This document shows positions 39,234-51,906 of a stretch of DNA of 64,000 bases, piece after piece (position 1 is the stretch's first letter; each line of letters starts with the position of its first letter). Position numbers and translations under genes: made by a program. The notes under the pieces are model-generated. The model worked only from the letters and a program-made list of their open reading frames with translations. It had not been told where the DNA came from and ran no database searches. The stretch is from NCBI GenBank assembly GCA_003427395.1, contig BFEA01000035.1, forward strand, positions 1,062,521-1,126,520, written 5' to 3'. The DNA comes from Chara braunii (Eukaryota > Plantae > Charophyceae).

Positions 39234-40704
39234 ATTCAGGCGTCCCTTTTTAACGACATGTCATACAAAAGACAAAAATAAGGACAACCACTTAATATAT
39301 TATCTTTGTTATTCAAACTACTGACTTCTCATATCCTTACTAGGGAATAATCCGGCTCACGCTGATACTTATAATAGTTAAAAACTCATACTATTCATAT
39401 TTTCAGACTAGACTCTCCGTGTGCTCTCAATTCTTACCTCCGTTCTATTAGTGTTCTGTCGGGACCTGTTTTTCTTATTTTCTTGGACAATGAGCTAGGA
39501 AGAGTTCATGAACGTCCGGAATCATGCGCAAGCCTGTCTGCATTAAGCGTATCAAATCCTTTCTTCAAAGACTTTTCATAAAATATTTCAATTCCGACAA
39601 AATGAGGAAGGGTTTAAGGCGTATCGTGATCTACTTTTCCCCTCATTAAGGCAGACATAGGTGTTCTTCAGATAATCCCTTTGTATAACAAATATGAAAT
39701 CAACCCGAATATTTATACTTGATATAGGAAGAACAATGTAAGGGTGATACATAGCCTATGATTTGACGGCGCGACCTGAGATACTTCGGGAGGGTCAGGC
39801 ATATTAGGCGGAGGAGGTGGAAGAGCCGGTCGTGGCGACTGGGGAAGGACAATCAACTGTTGAAGTCGCCGTGCCATAGAAGATGAGGGGGAGGAATATG
39901 CCATTGGAGAAGTTCGTTGAGGCGGTTAAAAGCATGGGGCGGACCCGGCGGAGTGTCGTAATGCTGTTCTTGAGAATAATAAGCCATCCTCCCAGGAGAC
40001 GGCGTGCGCTCGCAGAAGTCTTCCGGATGCCGGCGCAATCGCACCCCTTCCCACTTTTCCTCCTCTTCCTCTTCTTCCTCCCGCTCTTCTCTTTCCTTCG
40101 TCAGATCAATAGGCCTATCTGTAGTCGTTCCTTGTCGCCCACGTCTTTCCCTTCCAGCCCATGATCCGCTTGGCATGGCTAGAGAAAGGTATTACTCGTC
40201 GCACTTTCCTAGCCACCTACTAATTAAGGTATCGCCTATGTCTATAATCTACCTATAGCGGGAATACGCGAGGTCATCGTAGATATGAAAATTATTATGG
40301 TCGGAAAAAATTAGAGCAGTCGAAAAACCTCTTGCGCAGATTCGACGAGAACTCGTCAAATTCTATTGTGTCGATCGGCTCATCCGCTATCCCTTCTGAC
40401 TCTTCTTTTATGAAGACTTCGTGGTCCTTAGTTGCTACTTGCATACTCCCCCCATGAACAGACACGGGAGCAGCTACCTCCTTGGGAAGGTGATAAAAGT
40501 GTCGACTAAGGCTCACAAGGCTTTAACTAGTACTCATTTTATCTCAAAAGAAGCTCGCACTTATAAACCACCAATTATCCTACTTAACTATCTTACTAAC
40601 TAATGAAAACTACATGGCATTCTACTTTTTCGTTTGTCGTTTTGCTAGGGTTTCAATTAACCAGACCCAAATCCATTCACACAGGACCCCGACAGGCAAC
40701 CGAA

Positions 40705-40724
40705 GATTCCCGACAACGGTGTCA
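40705..40724 (-). promoter_or_regulatory. Primer binding site, tRNA-Asp type
   Basis: Minus strand TGACACCGTTGTCGGGAATC, 2 nt after the LTR end; 17/20 match to TGGCGCCGTTGCCGGGAATC (complement of the plant tRNA-Asp 3' end). Confidence 0.75.
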
Positions 40725-40726
40725 CC

Positions 40727-43700
40727 TGTCGCTCGCGGCGGTCCCGCACCCCGCTGGGAGCGCTGAACCTCACGATGGTGTCACGCAGGATTTATTTCTG
40801 AAAAAAATAAGCAGTCACCACTCCGACCGTGTGCGCAGGCTATACCTCTCACGACACCCTACGACAGGTCGGGGTGTCGCGGGGTACAACGTACTTCTAT
40901 CCAAGGGGCTGTCACCACCCTTAGGTAGGCGTATCCCTGCTGAGCTACCGACCCACATGCGAAGGTTTTTACTTGCCTTTGTAGAGGTAGATTGGCCAAT
41001 GGCGTTTTCTTGATCGTCACAACATAGAAATGTGGTATGCGCGGTAATACGCCTGAGACTGAACCGTCAGTCAAGTCAGTTTCCGGATATGTTCTCCCTA
41101 TCCTAGACTTCTAGATATTCAGGCCGAACCTTTAGAAAACTGTCTATTTCCGCTTCTGAGTCTGAAACAGATTATTCTCTTGACCAAAGCGAACAGGGTA
41201 TCAATCAAATCACCTTGCTACCAATGTCATTCTATCTCTCTTAACAGGTTATGACTTAACTGAGCATCAGATGATATAGAAGTTAAGTAGGACAGATAAT
41301 GAATATGAGAGTATTACCGCCGAGAACCCTTCTCACTTTCACAAGTGATGTGTGTCCGATACTCTTCAACAGATCAGGTCCAGTTCAATCCAAAATCACG
41401 GACAAAACAAACCTGCACAGAATAATGCAAAGACAATTCATATGCCATGCACTAACGGTGTCAACCATCAACCACCGACCTTGTCCCTCACTTCCCAAAC
41501 CATGTATGACAACTCTATTTTTTCATAAGACTTAAGCCCAACCCCCGCACTTTTCGTCAAAGGACCCTTGAGAGTGACTAGGACCATTCAGGCAATGACC
41601 ACAAGTGACAGTTTTACTGACCACAAGGTTTAACTTTAGATGTGGGTATCAAGTCAAGGGGGAAAAGTTGAATCGGTAACAACCGACCTGTTATCAAAAG
41701 ATAACAAAAAATTGGGTCCTTTTTTGTAGAACCTCTTCCTTTAAATGCAGTAGATCAAATAGGGACCTGCACACACACAGGTCAACAAAGATTCAACACC
41801 GCTACTCGATTTCCCTCATTTTGATATCTAAGGGTCAAACCCTTAGATCTGGACTGTGAGCTCTAGGATGGACATCCCAAAGTCGAATCCCTAGCTTCTA
41901 CTCTTACAACCCTACCCTAAGTCGTCTGTCCCCTTCTCCTTTCATTCAAAGAGTTTCATGCCTATGTCCTACGTCGTCTTAGGGAAACTCATATTTCCCC
42001 TACTCTCAGTCTTTGCATTTTCTAACTTTAGACATAAGTACACCCTTTGGTGCTTATGAAATAGAGTTTTAACTCATTTGCTGTTGTGGCCTTCTACTCG
42101 AAAGTCATGAACGGACACGGACCTCGCGGTAGTTTTTATTCTACTGGTATTCTTTTTTCCGTGGTTCTAACTCCTTTCTTTGTTTCTTTTCCAAGTCTGA
42201 GAGACCTTGCTCCAACATGAGCATTTTTATTTCCTCCTTCAATTTATCCTGAAATACTCAAGTAGTAGATCGAATCAGACATGAATCTTCTGCTACTTGG
42301 TCAATACTAAACAATCTGTTAATCAAACAGGCAGCCGAGTAAATCACACATGATTACTCGACTCCCTTCCAGTCCCGCTCAATGCAAGCGCAAAAGGTTA
42401 GTAACAACAATGTACATGATCTGTTCCGAGTAGCCGGATAACTCACACAGGAGTATCCCTCTTGAAACAAATAGTTGAGGCTCCTACCGAGGCACCCTAC
42501 TACTTGCTTTAGGTATCACTCAGAAAGACCCAAATTTCAATCCCCTCCCTGAGGTTAGTAATGGTCTGAGTGAATAATAGGCGACCCGCACAAGAGGCCC
42601 CAACTATCATGTGACCAAATTGTCCGATCAACTTCGTGAGTGCAACAAGACGATCCTCACAAGGACATCTTATTGTTATTCCGAAGCCAACCGATCCCAC
42701 CTCGTTGGTTAGTACAGAATCAAGCAAGTAATAGGATGACTCTAACAAGGGCCCCCCTACTGCTTCCTTGGGTAATGAGTAGTCCATGTCTTAAACAAGT
42801 GATAGGATGGCTTCTACAGAAGCCTTCCTACTACCCGTTTGGTGTTTGGACTGTCTGAGAGTAAGTAAGTTTGTAAGAAAAGAGAAGCAACGTGGTTTAC
42901 TACTCCCTGCAGATCGTCAGTCAGTCCTGGACTCAAGTGTGTGAATAGGATGACCCTCCTTGGAGCCCCCTACTACACCTTGAATAAGTGCAAAAACCGA
43001 ATCTTCCCGAGCCGTTAATTAAGAAGGGAAGTTAGTATCAAAATCCCCTCAGTTCACTTTTCACATCAAGCAGATCCTTAGTTAATCAAGGTGGTGAGGT
43101 AGCACGACAAAGGTACCGCCACCTTCTCATTATGCCAATCGTCTGAGTCTCAAAGAGTAAGTGTCCAACCCATACATGGGTTTTCTACCGCCTTCGGAGA
43201 CTGGTCCGACAGGTTAAAAGCGCGATCCTCATAAGAGCCTCCCTTTTATTATTCCTTAAATGTCAGGTATCTTTCCCCTTCACGACGACAATCGATCCGG
43301 TAGGGTAACTCAGACATGAGTACCCCATTGTCAACTCTCAGTGAAGTTAAAGCATACACAAGTAGTATGACGGCTCACACATGAGTCTTTATTACACCAC
43401 TTTGTTCTTCAAACCCAAGCAGTCTTAGGTTCCGTCTTGGTTATCTTAAGTTCCTTCCTTCCATCAAGCAGGGTTCTTACGTCAATCATATAACATTTTT
43501 CATTTTGATACACTTTAGTCCTGAAGAAAGCACAAACAGTGTATCACACAACCATACATGCAGTCCAGTATAAGTTTGTAGCTTGTAAGGGTATATGGGA
43601 AGGGAATATGCACCGCGTACCTCATGGTTCCCTGCCTCCAGAGTTCCTCCTGAACTTCGGCAGAGCTTCCGCAATCGCCCTGTTATCCGCCTCGCAATAC

Positions 43701-43997
43701 TCATGCAATTGATTGCTCGGATCTTAAAATTGGTAACAACCAGGGTTAAAGCTAAGTGGAGATACATCATCAGACCCCTTATGGTCGAGGGGAGGTACCC
43801 GAGAGGATCAAGCAAAAATAAGAATGGAGGAGGATGGAGGAGGTAGGCACCATCACAAGGCGACAATGCTCTTTCCTCTCCAATGCCCCGCATTCTCCTC
43901 CTCTCTGACCCCTGTTTAACATATGAAGTCTGAAAATAGCAAATAAATAATAATAATAACAATAATAATAATAAAATATAAAAAAAATAATAATAAC

Positions 43998-44051
<54 letters not shown>

Positions 44052-45100
44052 TAAATCTCGTTAATGCCTAAAAACATCTCGCCATAGATAATTGATCAAA
44101 GAAAAGTGGAGGTCCTTTGTCGGTTTCCTACTTGACAGAACCCTCCTCCTTTTCACTTTCCTTTCTCCCTCTGCTTTTCCCCTCACTCTTCGTTTTTATT
44201 CTCCTTCTTTCACTCTGCTCCTTCTTTCCTTCCTTTCTTCCCCCCCCCCCCCCCCCCTTTTCAGTCTTCCTACTCCTTTGCTTTCCTGGCATAGCAAGCG
44301 TTCCTTTTGCGTTCGCCACACAACCTTGGTCACAACGACCCACTCGCTGTTCTACGTGCATGTTCCCAAGGACCATGTGTGTGTGCTTGCGGTCCCACCT
44401 GCCTGCAAGACTGTGCGGACGCATGCTTGCTGTCTAGCCAGCCTGCAAGACTGCGCGGGCGCGTGCTTGCTGCTCCTCATGCCTGGCTATAGCCTGCTGG
44501 TGCCCCGCTATCTGGCTGCGCCTCACGCCACTTCGTGCCTGCGTGCGGATGCGGTGACAATGCTGCTTTCTCAGTGGTCCACAGCCACTTCGTAATGTGC
44601 CAGCCTTTCGCTGCGTGAGCCCAGGGCGTGGCAAAAGGCTGCATTTCAATCACCGAGCGTGCGACAACTGTCTGAGACCCATACCAGAAAAATGTTGAGG
44701 TGAGGGCCCCTCGCGGACATTCAGGCTTGCCTTCACTTAGAGCGGGCATGAGGCTTGCTGGCCTTCCTTCACTTAGAGCGGGCATGAAGCTTGCTGGCCA
44801 TAAGTACCGTAATGCTAATAATAATAATAATAATAATAATGGATGCACCCAAGTATGCGGCTTCGCAGTACCTGGGACTCAATCCCCAAACCCGTGTATG
44901 GTGCGGTTGGACTTGTGTGATCTTAAACCCGAGATATGCACCTAAAGTTATCTGTCTTGAGGTTCTTATATATACGTGGATTGTGTAGGTTTCATTTACT
45001 TACCTATAGGATATGAATTTTAGCATAGATCAGACCGTAGTTGCTACAACTTCGGAAGGTCAGTGTAGGTCGTAGCTACCCCAGTATCGGAGAGTCATAC
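40727..45100 (-). repeat. 5' LTR (~4.4 kb) of the Gypsy element
   Basis: Adjacent PBS; homology to 9898-15167 starts and ends at the same points; the terminal base is replaced at the Helitron junction. Confidence 0.85.
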
Positions 45101-45382
45101 TGGAACCGCGCGAGCGCGGAGGCGCAGCCAGGGCATATGAGATTGTAGTTTGGGGGGCTGTATGAACGATTATGCGGAGTTGTGATTGGTAACTCTAAAC
45201 AGTAGCACCTTGATGAAAATTTAAATTGAGGGCCTTGTTGTAGAGGGTTTTTAACTGTGCAAAAAGAAAAAAAGAATTTGCTAGAAGCCGATTAGATTAA
45301 ATACAATTTGTTTGAGGTTGTATAGGGAATTCAAGATCGTTTTTGCATATTTTTTGAAAAGTATTTACATTCAGATGTTCAA

Positions 45383-46025
45383 ATAGTTCAACGTTGCAAG
45401 TGAAATAGAGTCGTCCATTAGGAGCTTAATGTTGCCAATGAAATAAAAAAAATTAATGGTAGTTGAAATGTAACGGGCAAAGTATCATTAGAAAAATGCA
45501 AATTTGTTTATGTTTGATCTAAACATGAAACAGGAAGAAAGGGAAATAGGAGGAAAGAAAAAAAAAAATTTGAACATCAAGAGTATATAGTTCAACGTTG
45601 CAAGTGAAATAGATTCGTCTATTATAAGCTTAATGTTGCCCAAAAAATACAAAAAACTAATGGTAGTTGAAATGTAACGGGCAAAGTATCATTAGAAAAA
45701 TGCAAATTTGTTTATGTTTGATCTAAACATGAAACAGGAAGAAAGGGAAATAGGAGGAAAGAAAAAAAAAAATTTGAACATCAAGAGTATATAGTTCAAC
45801 GTTGCAAGTGAAATAGATTCGTCTATTATAAGCTTAATGTTGCCCAAAAAATACAAAAAACTAATGGTAGTTGAAATGTAACGGGCAAAGTATCATTAGA
45901 AGTATTTAATTGAGAGTCTCAATGAACTTGAAGAAATGCAAATTTGTTTATGTTCGATCTAAACATGAAAAAGGAAAAAAAAAGAAATGAGAGGAAAGAA
46001 GAAGAAAAAAATTGAACATCAAGGG
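45383..46025. repeat. 204 bp tandem repeat x3 near the Helitron 3' end
   Basis: atagttcaacgttgcaagtgaaatag at 45383, 45587 and 45791. Confidence 0.92.
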
Positions 46026-46358
46026 CATATTATGACTAATATTTTTTCGAAGTGTATTTAAAATGTTAGAAAATGAATATATTTGCAAATAATTTTTTTT
46101 TGAAAAGTGTTGAAATATTATACAAATTATAATTTACTATTTTTGTAAGGGAAGTGTGTGTTTAGTATTTTTTGAAGAAAGTATTTTGTTTTGTAAATTG
46201 ATATAGAATTGATGTACAGGAAGAGATTTTGTTAGGAGTAAGTAATGTATTTTTAAAACAACAAAAGGAAAATTTTTTACAATTTTTTAGATATTTTTGA
46301 AAACAATGTTAGGAGTTCTATATTATTGATTAAAAAATTTATATGAGTAATTGATTTT

Positions 46359-46893
46359 TTATTTGTTTTGATGAATAGAAATAGAAGGCGTATTTGGTCG
46401 AAGTGGTAATCTATGGATTGGAAGAGGTTGTGGTATCATGTGTTGGAAATCAACATCGAATGTTAGTCCGGGAAGTTCTAATAATTTGTAGTGATTAAAA
46501 GTGTAGTGGAATGTCATAGTTGTTCCTATTAGTGGAATGTCATAGTTGTCATTGTAATCATAGACTGCAACTAATCGTAGCAATGGAATTATATCTTTGT
46601 ATATATCTATATATTTTGAACTAAGTGTTGTATGGATGTCCTTGATAGTCTCTTGTTGATCTATATTAGCCAAATACAACGTAGCTATGTGTTGTCGTCC
46701 TCTATGCCATCTGCGATGATATACTAGAAGTCCAGTTTCCACAATTGACAATGGCTGATACATAGGAAGAAATTAAAGGTATTGTTCGAGGTCCATCGTT
46801 CTCGTGTGATGTATGCATCTTCCATGTTGTGTTCCGGACTCCATGTAGTCGCTTGATCTTGATGGTCTTTTTGAAGTTGTATTTGACCTGCCA
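46359..46893 (-). pseudogene. Helitron orphan ORF (frameshifted, ~175 aa)
   Basis: MAGQIQLQKDHQ... overlaps in another frame with YQPLSIVETGLLVYHRRWHRG...; coding-like island in AT-rich spacer DNA. Confidence 0.45.
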
Positions 46894-47001
46894 TGAAATA
46901 CAACAAAAGAAGTTGAGTTATTTTATAGTTATAATATAAGGAAAAAATTATAAAATTGTATATAATATGTTTATACAAAAGCGAGGAAATGATGGTTTGT
47001 A

Positions 47002-47358
47002 TTATAGTGTTATGATTTGATTCAGAATATATGTAAAAGCAAATGATGCATTGGAAGCTATAAAGGATGTAGAAATGAATCTGTGATGAGTAGTATTAGT
47101 TAATAAAATTCTAGTTCCGGGATGAGGAACATCAAGAGTACAAATGATGTCGTTGATAATTGCGATACGAAGATTTTGAGAATTTGTTGGTAATGGTATC
47201 ATATCTGCTAGGAAGATATATAAAAAAATAGCAGTTGTAGAGTGATAAGCAAGATGAGATAATACAATGCCTTCTTCATTGATTTCTATTGTATGATGAA
47301 AATTAGATTGTTCTAATTGTGTGCGAAGATTATCGAAAGATTGGTGAGTGATTGCCAT
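47002..47358 (-). CDS. Helitron orphan ORF (~118 aa)
   Basis: Open frame MAITHQSFDNLRTQLE... bounded by AT-rich intergenic DNA, same strand as RepHel. Confidence 0.45.
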   Translation of the reverse strand: MAITHQSFDNLRTQLEQSNFHHTIEINEEGIVLSHLAYHSTTAIFLYIFLADMIPLPTNSQNLRIAIINDIICTLDVPHPGTRILLTNTTHHRFISTSFIASNASFAFTYILNQIITL

Positions 47359-47857
47359 AATATATAAGTATTGAATAGAAACAACCAACTGGAGAAAAAG
47401 TAAACAACATGGAGAAACAGAAATTAGATGTAAGTATCATTATGGAGAAAAATGATTATACAAAACAAATTTTTAGAAGTATGAGTTTCAAGCATGAAAA
47501 GTTGAAAAAAATATTTTATATCAACGTTGCAAATTGATTTTTTTTTTTATGTTTTAGTTAGTATTAATTATTATTAAAGAAAAATGAGATTTACAAATAT
47601 GTAATTTTTAGCAATGGTTTAATTTTATTTATTATTTTTGTGGAATTTGGGAATTAGTATAGGAAAATAAAAATGTAATGAATGATTGAAATATTATGTA
47701 TATAGTAATTGAAAGTAAGTGTTTATAATGGTAGTGAACGATATAAAGAAATTATAATTGAATGTAATTAATATTATGAAGAAGAATAATGATATAAGCT
47801 TTTGAAAAGAAAAATAAATAAGGTTTTATTTGATTTTGATATTTCTTACCTTATAGT

Positions 47858-48967
47858 TTACGTTGCTGTATCTCGATCTTGTTGAGGATTCGAAGTAGTC
47901 GTTGATGACGTATTCGCAGAAGTATGATGATCATTTGGTGCTGATTGTACATTATCGGGCGCAATTCTGTGTGACGGAGGAGGCTCCATCGATCTCTTGT
48001 TGGCATTGAAACATGAATATTGTTGCTCATTCCATATATGAATTATGTGGCCCGTAGTACGATTGAATTGTCGAATAGGTCGAGGAGGAAAATAAGAATA
48101 TGCAGTTGGATATCGTACAATATGATTGAGTATGTAATAGAACCACGGACCAGGGCCCCAGAGAAACCATTGTGCAAGAAAAGCAGGATTTTCAGGTGTA
48201 TTTTGGAAAAAACAAATAGTAAGTGTTCGGAAAGATTAACAAGTTGTGTTAATATATAAGAATCATATGTATGGTTGATGATGAAAAGTCGAGGTGAAGT
48301 TGCTCTGTAACGAGCTAGTTCTCTCGATACTGAAGTGACAAATGTACAAAGTGTGAGCGTGAAGGCATAGAAAGATATTATAAAGTTAATTAGATTTGCT
48401 CTGATGTAAATTTTCGTTTAATTCTTGTGTTGCACTAAAGGACAGAGAATGTAAAGGAGTGTTGTGAAATGTAATTAATGAAAGAAGAACGAATGAAAAA
48501 AATGAATGTGAGATTATGCGCATAGCAATGCTGATGTCAATGATGCAAAATGTTCTTTGGTCAGATTGAAAAGTGATTAGTGCAGAGTGGCGCAAAAAGT
48601 GAAAGAGTTGTGTACTATTTGGTGGGGTTTGATAAGATGAGTGATATGCGTATTGTGCTCTTGTAACTTCAATAGGGTTATAGTGACAAACAAAAATAGA
48701 TAATGGTGTCAAAGTTGAACGAAAAGGATCGATAACGAAAAAATCGTCAAGGGTTTGTGCGATATTAGGATTGGGAATGTTACAATAATGTGCGCGACTG
48801 TATGCAATTCGAAATCCGTCTAATGTATGTTCTAGTGGAATTAATGTATTTGGTGGACGAACAGCAGAAGGTGGGTAGTAGTTGCGAAGGACCGGATCAA
48901 ATATATGTGTATCGGTTGATCGATGAAATCGAATATGTGTATGTCCGGCACTTGATGAAGCATCCAT
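47858..48967 (-). pseudogene. Unknown Helitron accessory gene, copy 1 (~370 aa, two frameshifts)
   Basis: Homologous to 57799-58803: FDPVLRNYYP, FFVIDPFR, HYNPxxVTRAQY, WFLWGPGPWFYYI. Confidence 0.75.
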
Positions 48968-49236
48968 TTTATTGACAATGTTCTTCAAGTCAAATTGTTT
49001 CTGTTTGTTTGAAAAACACAAGAAACAAACAATCTAATGTATGAATTAGAAAATTTCGATTTTTTTTTTTTGATTAAGTATATTATTGGAAGTGTAATAT
49101 GTTTTTTGTTTGAGATAGTAGTTTGAAGAACGTTTTGTTTTTTGTTTAAATTTTATAAATGGAATATTTGATTTTAGAACGATGAACTGAATTAAAAATA
49201 GTTAGTAAAATGTAAATATGAAGTTACATGAGGCAT

Positions 49237-49830
49237 TTATTGACAGTTGTATGGAGGAGGAATGAGGAAGATATTATGTGGGTGTGAAATTATTGATTTG
49301 AGTATGTTTGTAGAGAGTTCGTCATGTAAAAATGATCGATAAAATGGTATATTTAATTGATTAAAAACTGTAATATGAGAAAAGGGTGGTGTTAAAAGCA
49401 AATGACATGCGATTGTTAATATAAAAATTTCACAGTCATTAGAATTGGTTTGTTGTCGACCGTGAATATTATTTTGAGGTGCGGTGGTCATTGTAGAAAT
49501 GATATTTTTTCGATGTTGAAACCAAATACGTATATTTTCGAAAAAAGAAGTGTTTGAAAAATGTAAACTGTCGTAAAAATAAAGTATACGATTTTTAATG
49601 TCAATATAGCCAAGTGCATAATGATTACCATGTAAATGCAGAGGAATAAAAAAATGATCGTATATTTCTAATGTGCGTAATCGGTAATGTGAATTAATGT
49701 GACGATTTGTGAAAGTATGATTATGATGTGCTATACCTGCAGAATACATAAAAATATTTGTTGTGAATACAGAAGGAAATGTTTCCATTATCAGGTTCAT
49801 GTAATCATTGATAGGTGTATGCGAAAGTCA
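49237..49830 (-). CDS. Ulp1/C48 cysteine protease domain at the RepHel C-terminus
   Basis: (W)LSHTPINDYMNLI; FFIPLHLHGNHYALGYID; YFYDSL; QQTNSNDCEIF; His-Asp-Cys triad and oxyanion Gln present. Confidence 0.85.
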
Positions 49831-50139
49831 AGATGTATGATGTATTGTATGATACTTAGATTGTGAAGATAGTTGAGTATTAATTGAAGGTGGATTCTAT
49901 AATGTAATAGGAATATGAGAATGAATTGAAGGTAGTGGATTAATATTTAAAAAAGAAAAATTGTTTAATGTTGTTGATGGTGATATATGTATTTTACGTT
50001 GAAGATGATTTTATGAAATATGTTTGTTTCATGATTCGTGAAGCGTATGAGAATGAATATTAAAAAGGTTGCTATAAGTAGAGGTTGATGAATTATTTGA
50101 TTTAAAATTATGTAGAGAAAGAAGTTTTTCGGCTAAAGT

Positions 50140-51640
50140 TTCAAGTCGTCTGTGTTCATTGAGGATAGCAATAGTGTGAACAAATTTCTTTAGTTAATGG
50201 TTTTATAGTAAATAAAGCATATTTGTTTGTAACATGAGAAATTATGATATAACCTTGTTGGGGAACATTACGTTTAGGTTTTTTTTCTTCACAATATGTT
50301 TTGCATTCAACGACAAATAAACAATATGATGTTTCTCCTTGGATTTTATAAATTGTAGAAACTATTACAGAAATAAAGGGGAATTCCAAAGGACGTAGAG
50401 TGCATGTTCTTTGAAGCATATAGCGTGAAGTAAGAAGTTCGATTGTAAAAGATTTATGAAATCGTTGTCTGGAAATAGGATATATATATTTTTGGTAGAT
50501 TATTAAAAATAAAAAATGAAAGTTGTTCAAACGAAGATTGATTTGGAATATGAATACAAGCTAAATCAGGTGGACAACTTGGAATTAATACATGTATATC
50601 GGAGATTTTATCATGAAAGGTAGAAAATGTTGTATCGGATGAGAATTGTGATGAATGGAGAATTCTGAATGTTCTATTTGCAATTCCTCGAGGAGGATCA
50701 ATGTTTTGTGTGAAAATAATTAACATACCTGGTAGAAGATCGAGAAAGGGTGCAAATTTACCTAATTTATTATCTGGAAATGACATTATATATGCAATAT
50801 CATGTTTATTTAGTTTTTGTAAGGCATTTTTTTAATTAGCAATAATACGAATTGGATAATGATTATTTTGAAGTTGTTTGCATAATGTGCGTGTATAAGT
50901 ATGTATAAGGTTGATACGATTATCGTTGTCAGGTGCAACAAATATAGGATGTGAATTTTTTGGTAAATTTATTGACTGTATTAATGAATTTTGTTTTGCT
51001 TCGATAATTAATCTACTATTAATTATGTTGATAAATTCGTCAGTGTTAATTCCGAATCTAGCATTTTTGCAATGTATTCCCCATTCAGGATCCGTTTTAA
51101 ATCGTATCGAATCTATTAATATTATAATAACAATAAATAATCTCCATAATTTGAACGCTTCGTGGTCGGAAGATGTATGGGCAAAATTTAGACATGGTTC
51201 ATAGAAAATTGGTGTGCCTTTTACTGGTGGCATTTGAAAAATATCACCAGATGCAAGTATATGAATTCCACCAAAAGGAATATCTAGTTCTCGTATATCA
51301 CGTAATGCCATGTCTAAACGAAGAAAATCGTTTTTGCTCATCATGCTAAATTCGTCAATAATAAGTATTGCTAATTCATGTGTAAATCCTAGTATGCCTT
51401 TTAATTGTGTTTTTCATCGATCGAAATAACGATATTTTATAAGATAATGCATTCCCAACCAACTATGAAATGTTATACCCGAGATTCCAGCTGCTGCTTT
51501 TCCTGTCATTGCAGTTTTTGTGACGATTTTACGATGTTACCATTTGTCAGCAAATGTTTGAATGGCGAAAATAATATGAGATTTGCCAGTGTCACCTTCG
51601 CTATAAGAAACATAAGAAGTTGTTGGTCTTTTGTAGTTTT
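50140..51640 (-). pseudogene. Pif1-like SF1B helicase of Helitron RepHel
   Basis: EGDTGKS (Walker A); AMTGKAA..ISGITFHS; IIDEFSMM; PFGGIHILASGDIFQMPPV; STIYKIQGET; GYIIISHV. Confidence 0.92.
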
Positions 51641-51906
51641 TGATAGAATTTCTAATGACATTGTGTTATTTGTATTTTTATTAGATATTTGTAGTAACCA
51701 AGTATTTAAAAAGATTGAGCAAGTAAAACAAAAATTAAATGTTGTTTTTCATTTAATGAGAAATGTTATGAAACTTCAGAAATTGTAGGACAATTAGATA
51801 TAGAGAAACTTGATGGTTTAGAGTTAGGTGTTTGTATACATTTTTGTGGTTGAAATGCATCTGTAATTAACTGTACACGAGTGAGTAAGGGGATAGTATT
51901 CCAATT

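Larger units (their letters stand above)
27300..45100 (-). mobile_element. Large decayed Ty3/Gypsy LTR retrotransposon with extra ORFs (3' LTR not adjacent)
   Basis: 5' LTR plus PBS, then gag, PR, RT, RNase H and IN in Gypsy order on the minus strand; many stops and frameshifts. Confidence 0.92.

Noticed and set aside
43486-43962. ORF shared by both LTR copies
   Set aside because: Similarity is explained by high DNA identity; the other copy has a stop; no domain recognised
9898-45100. One intact 35 kb LTR element bounded by the two LTRs
   Set aside because: No PPT next to the left LTR, no shared TSD, and 12 kb of unrelated repeats intervene
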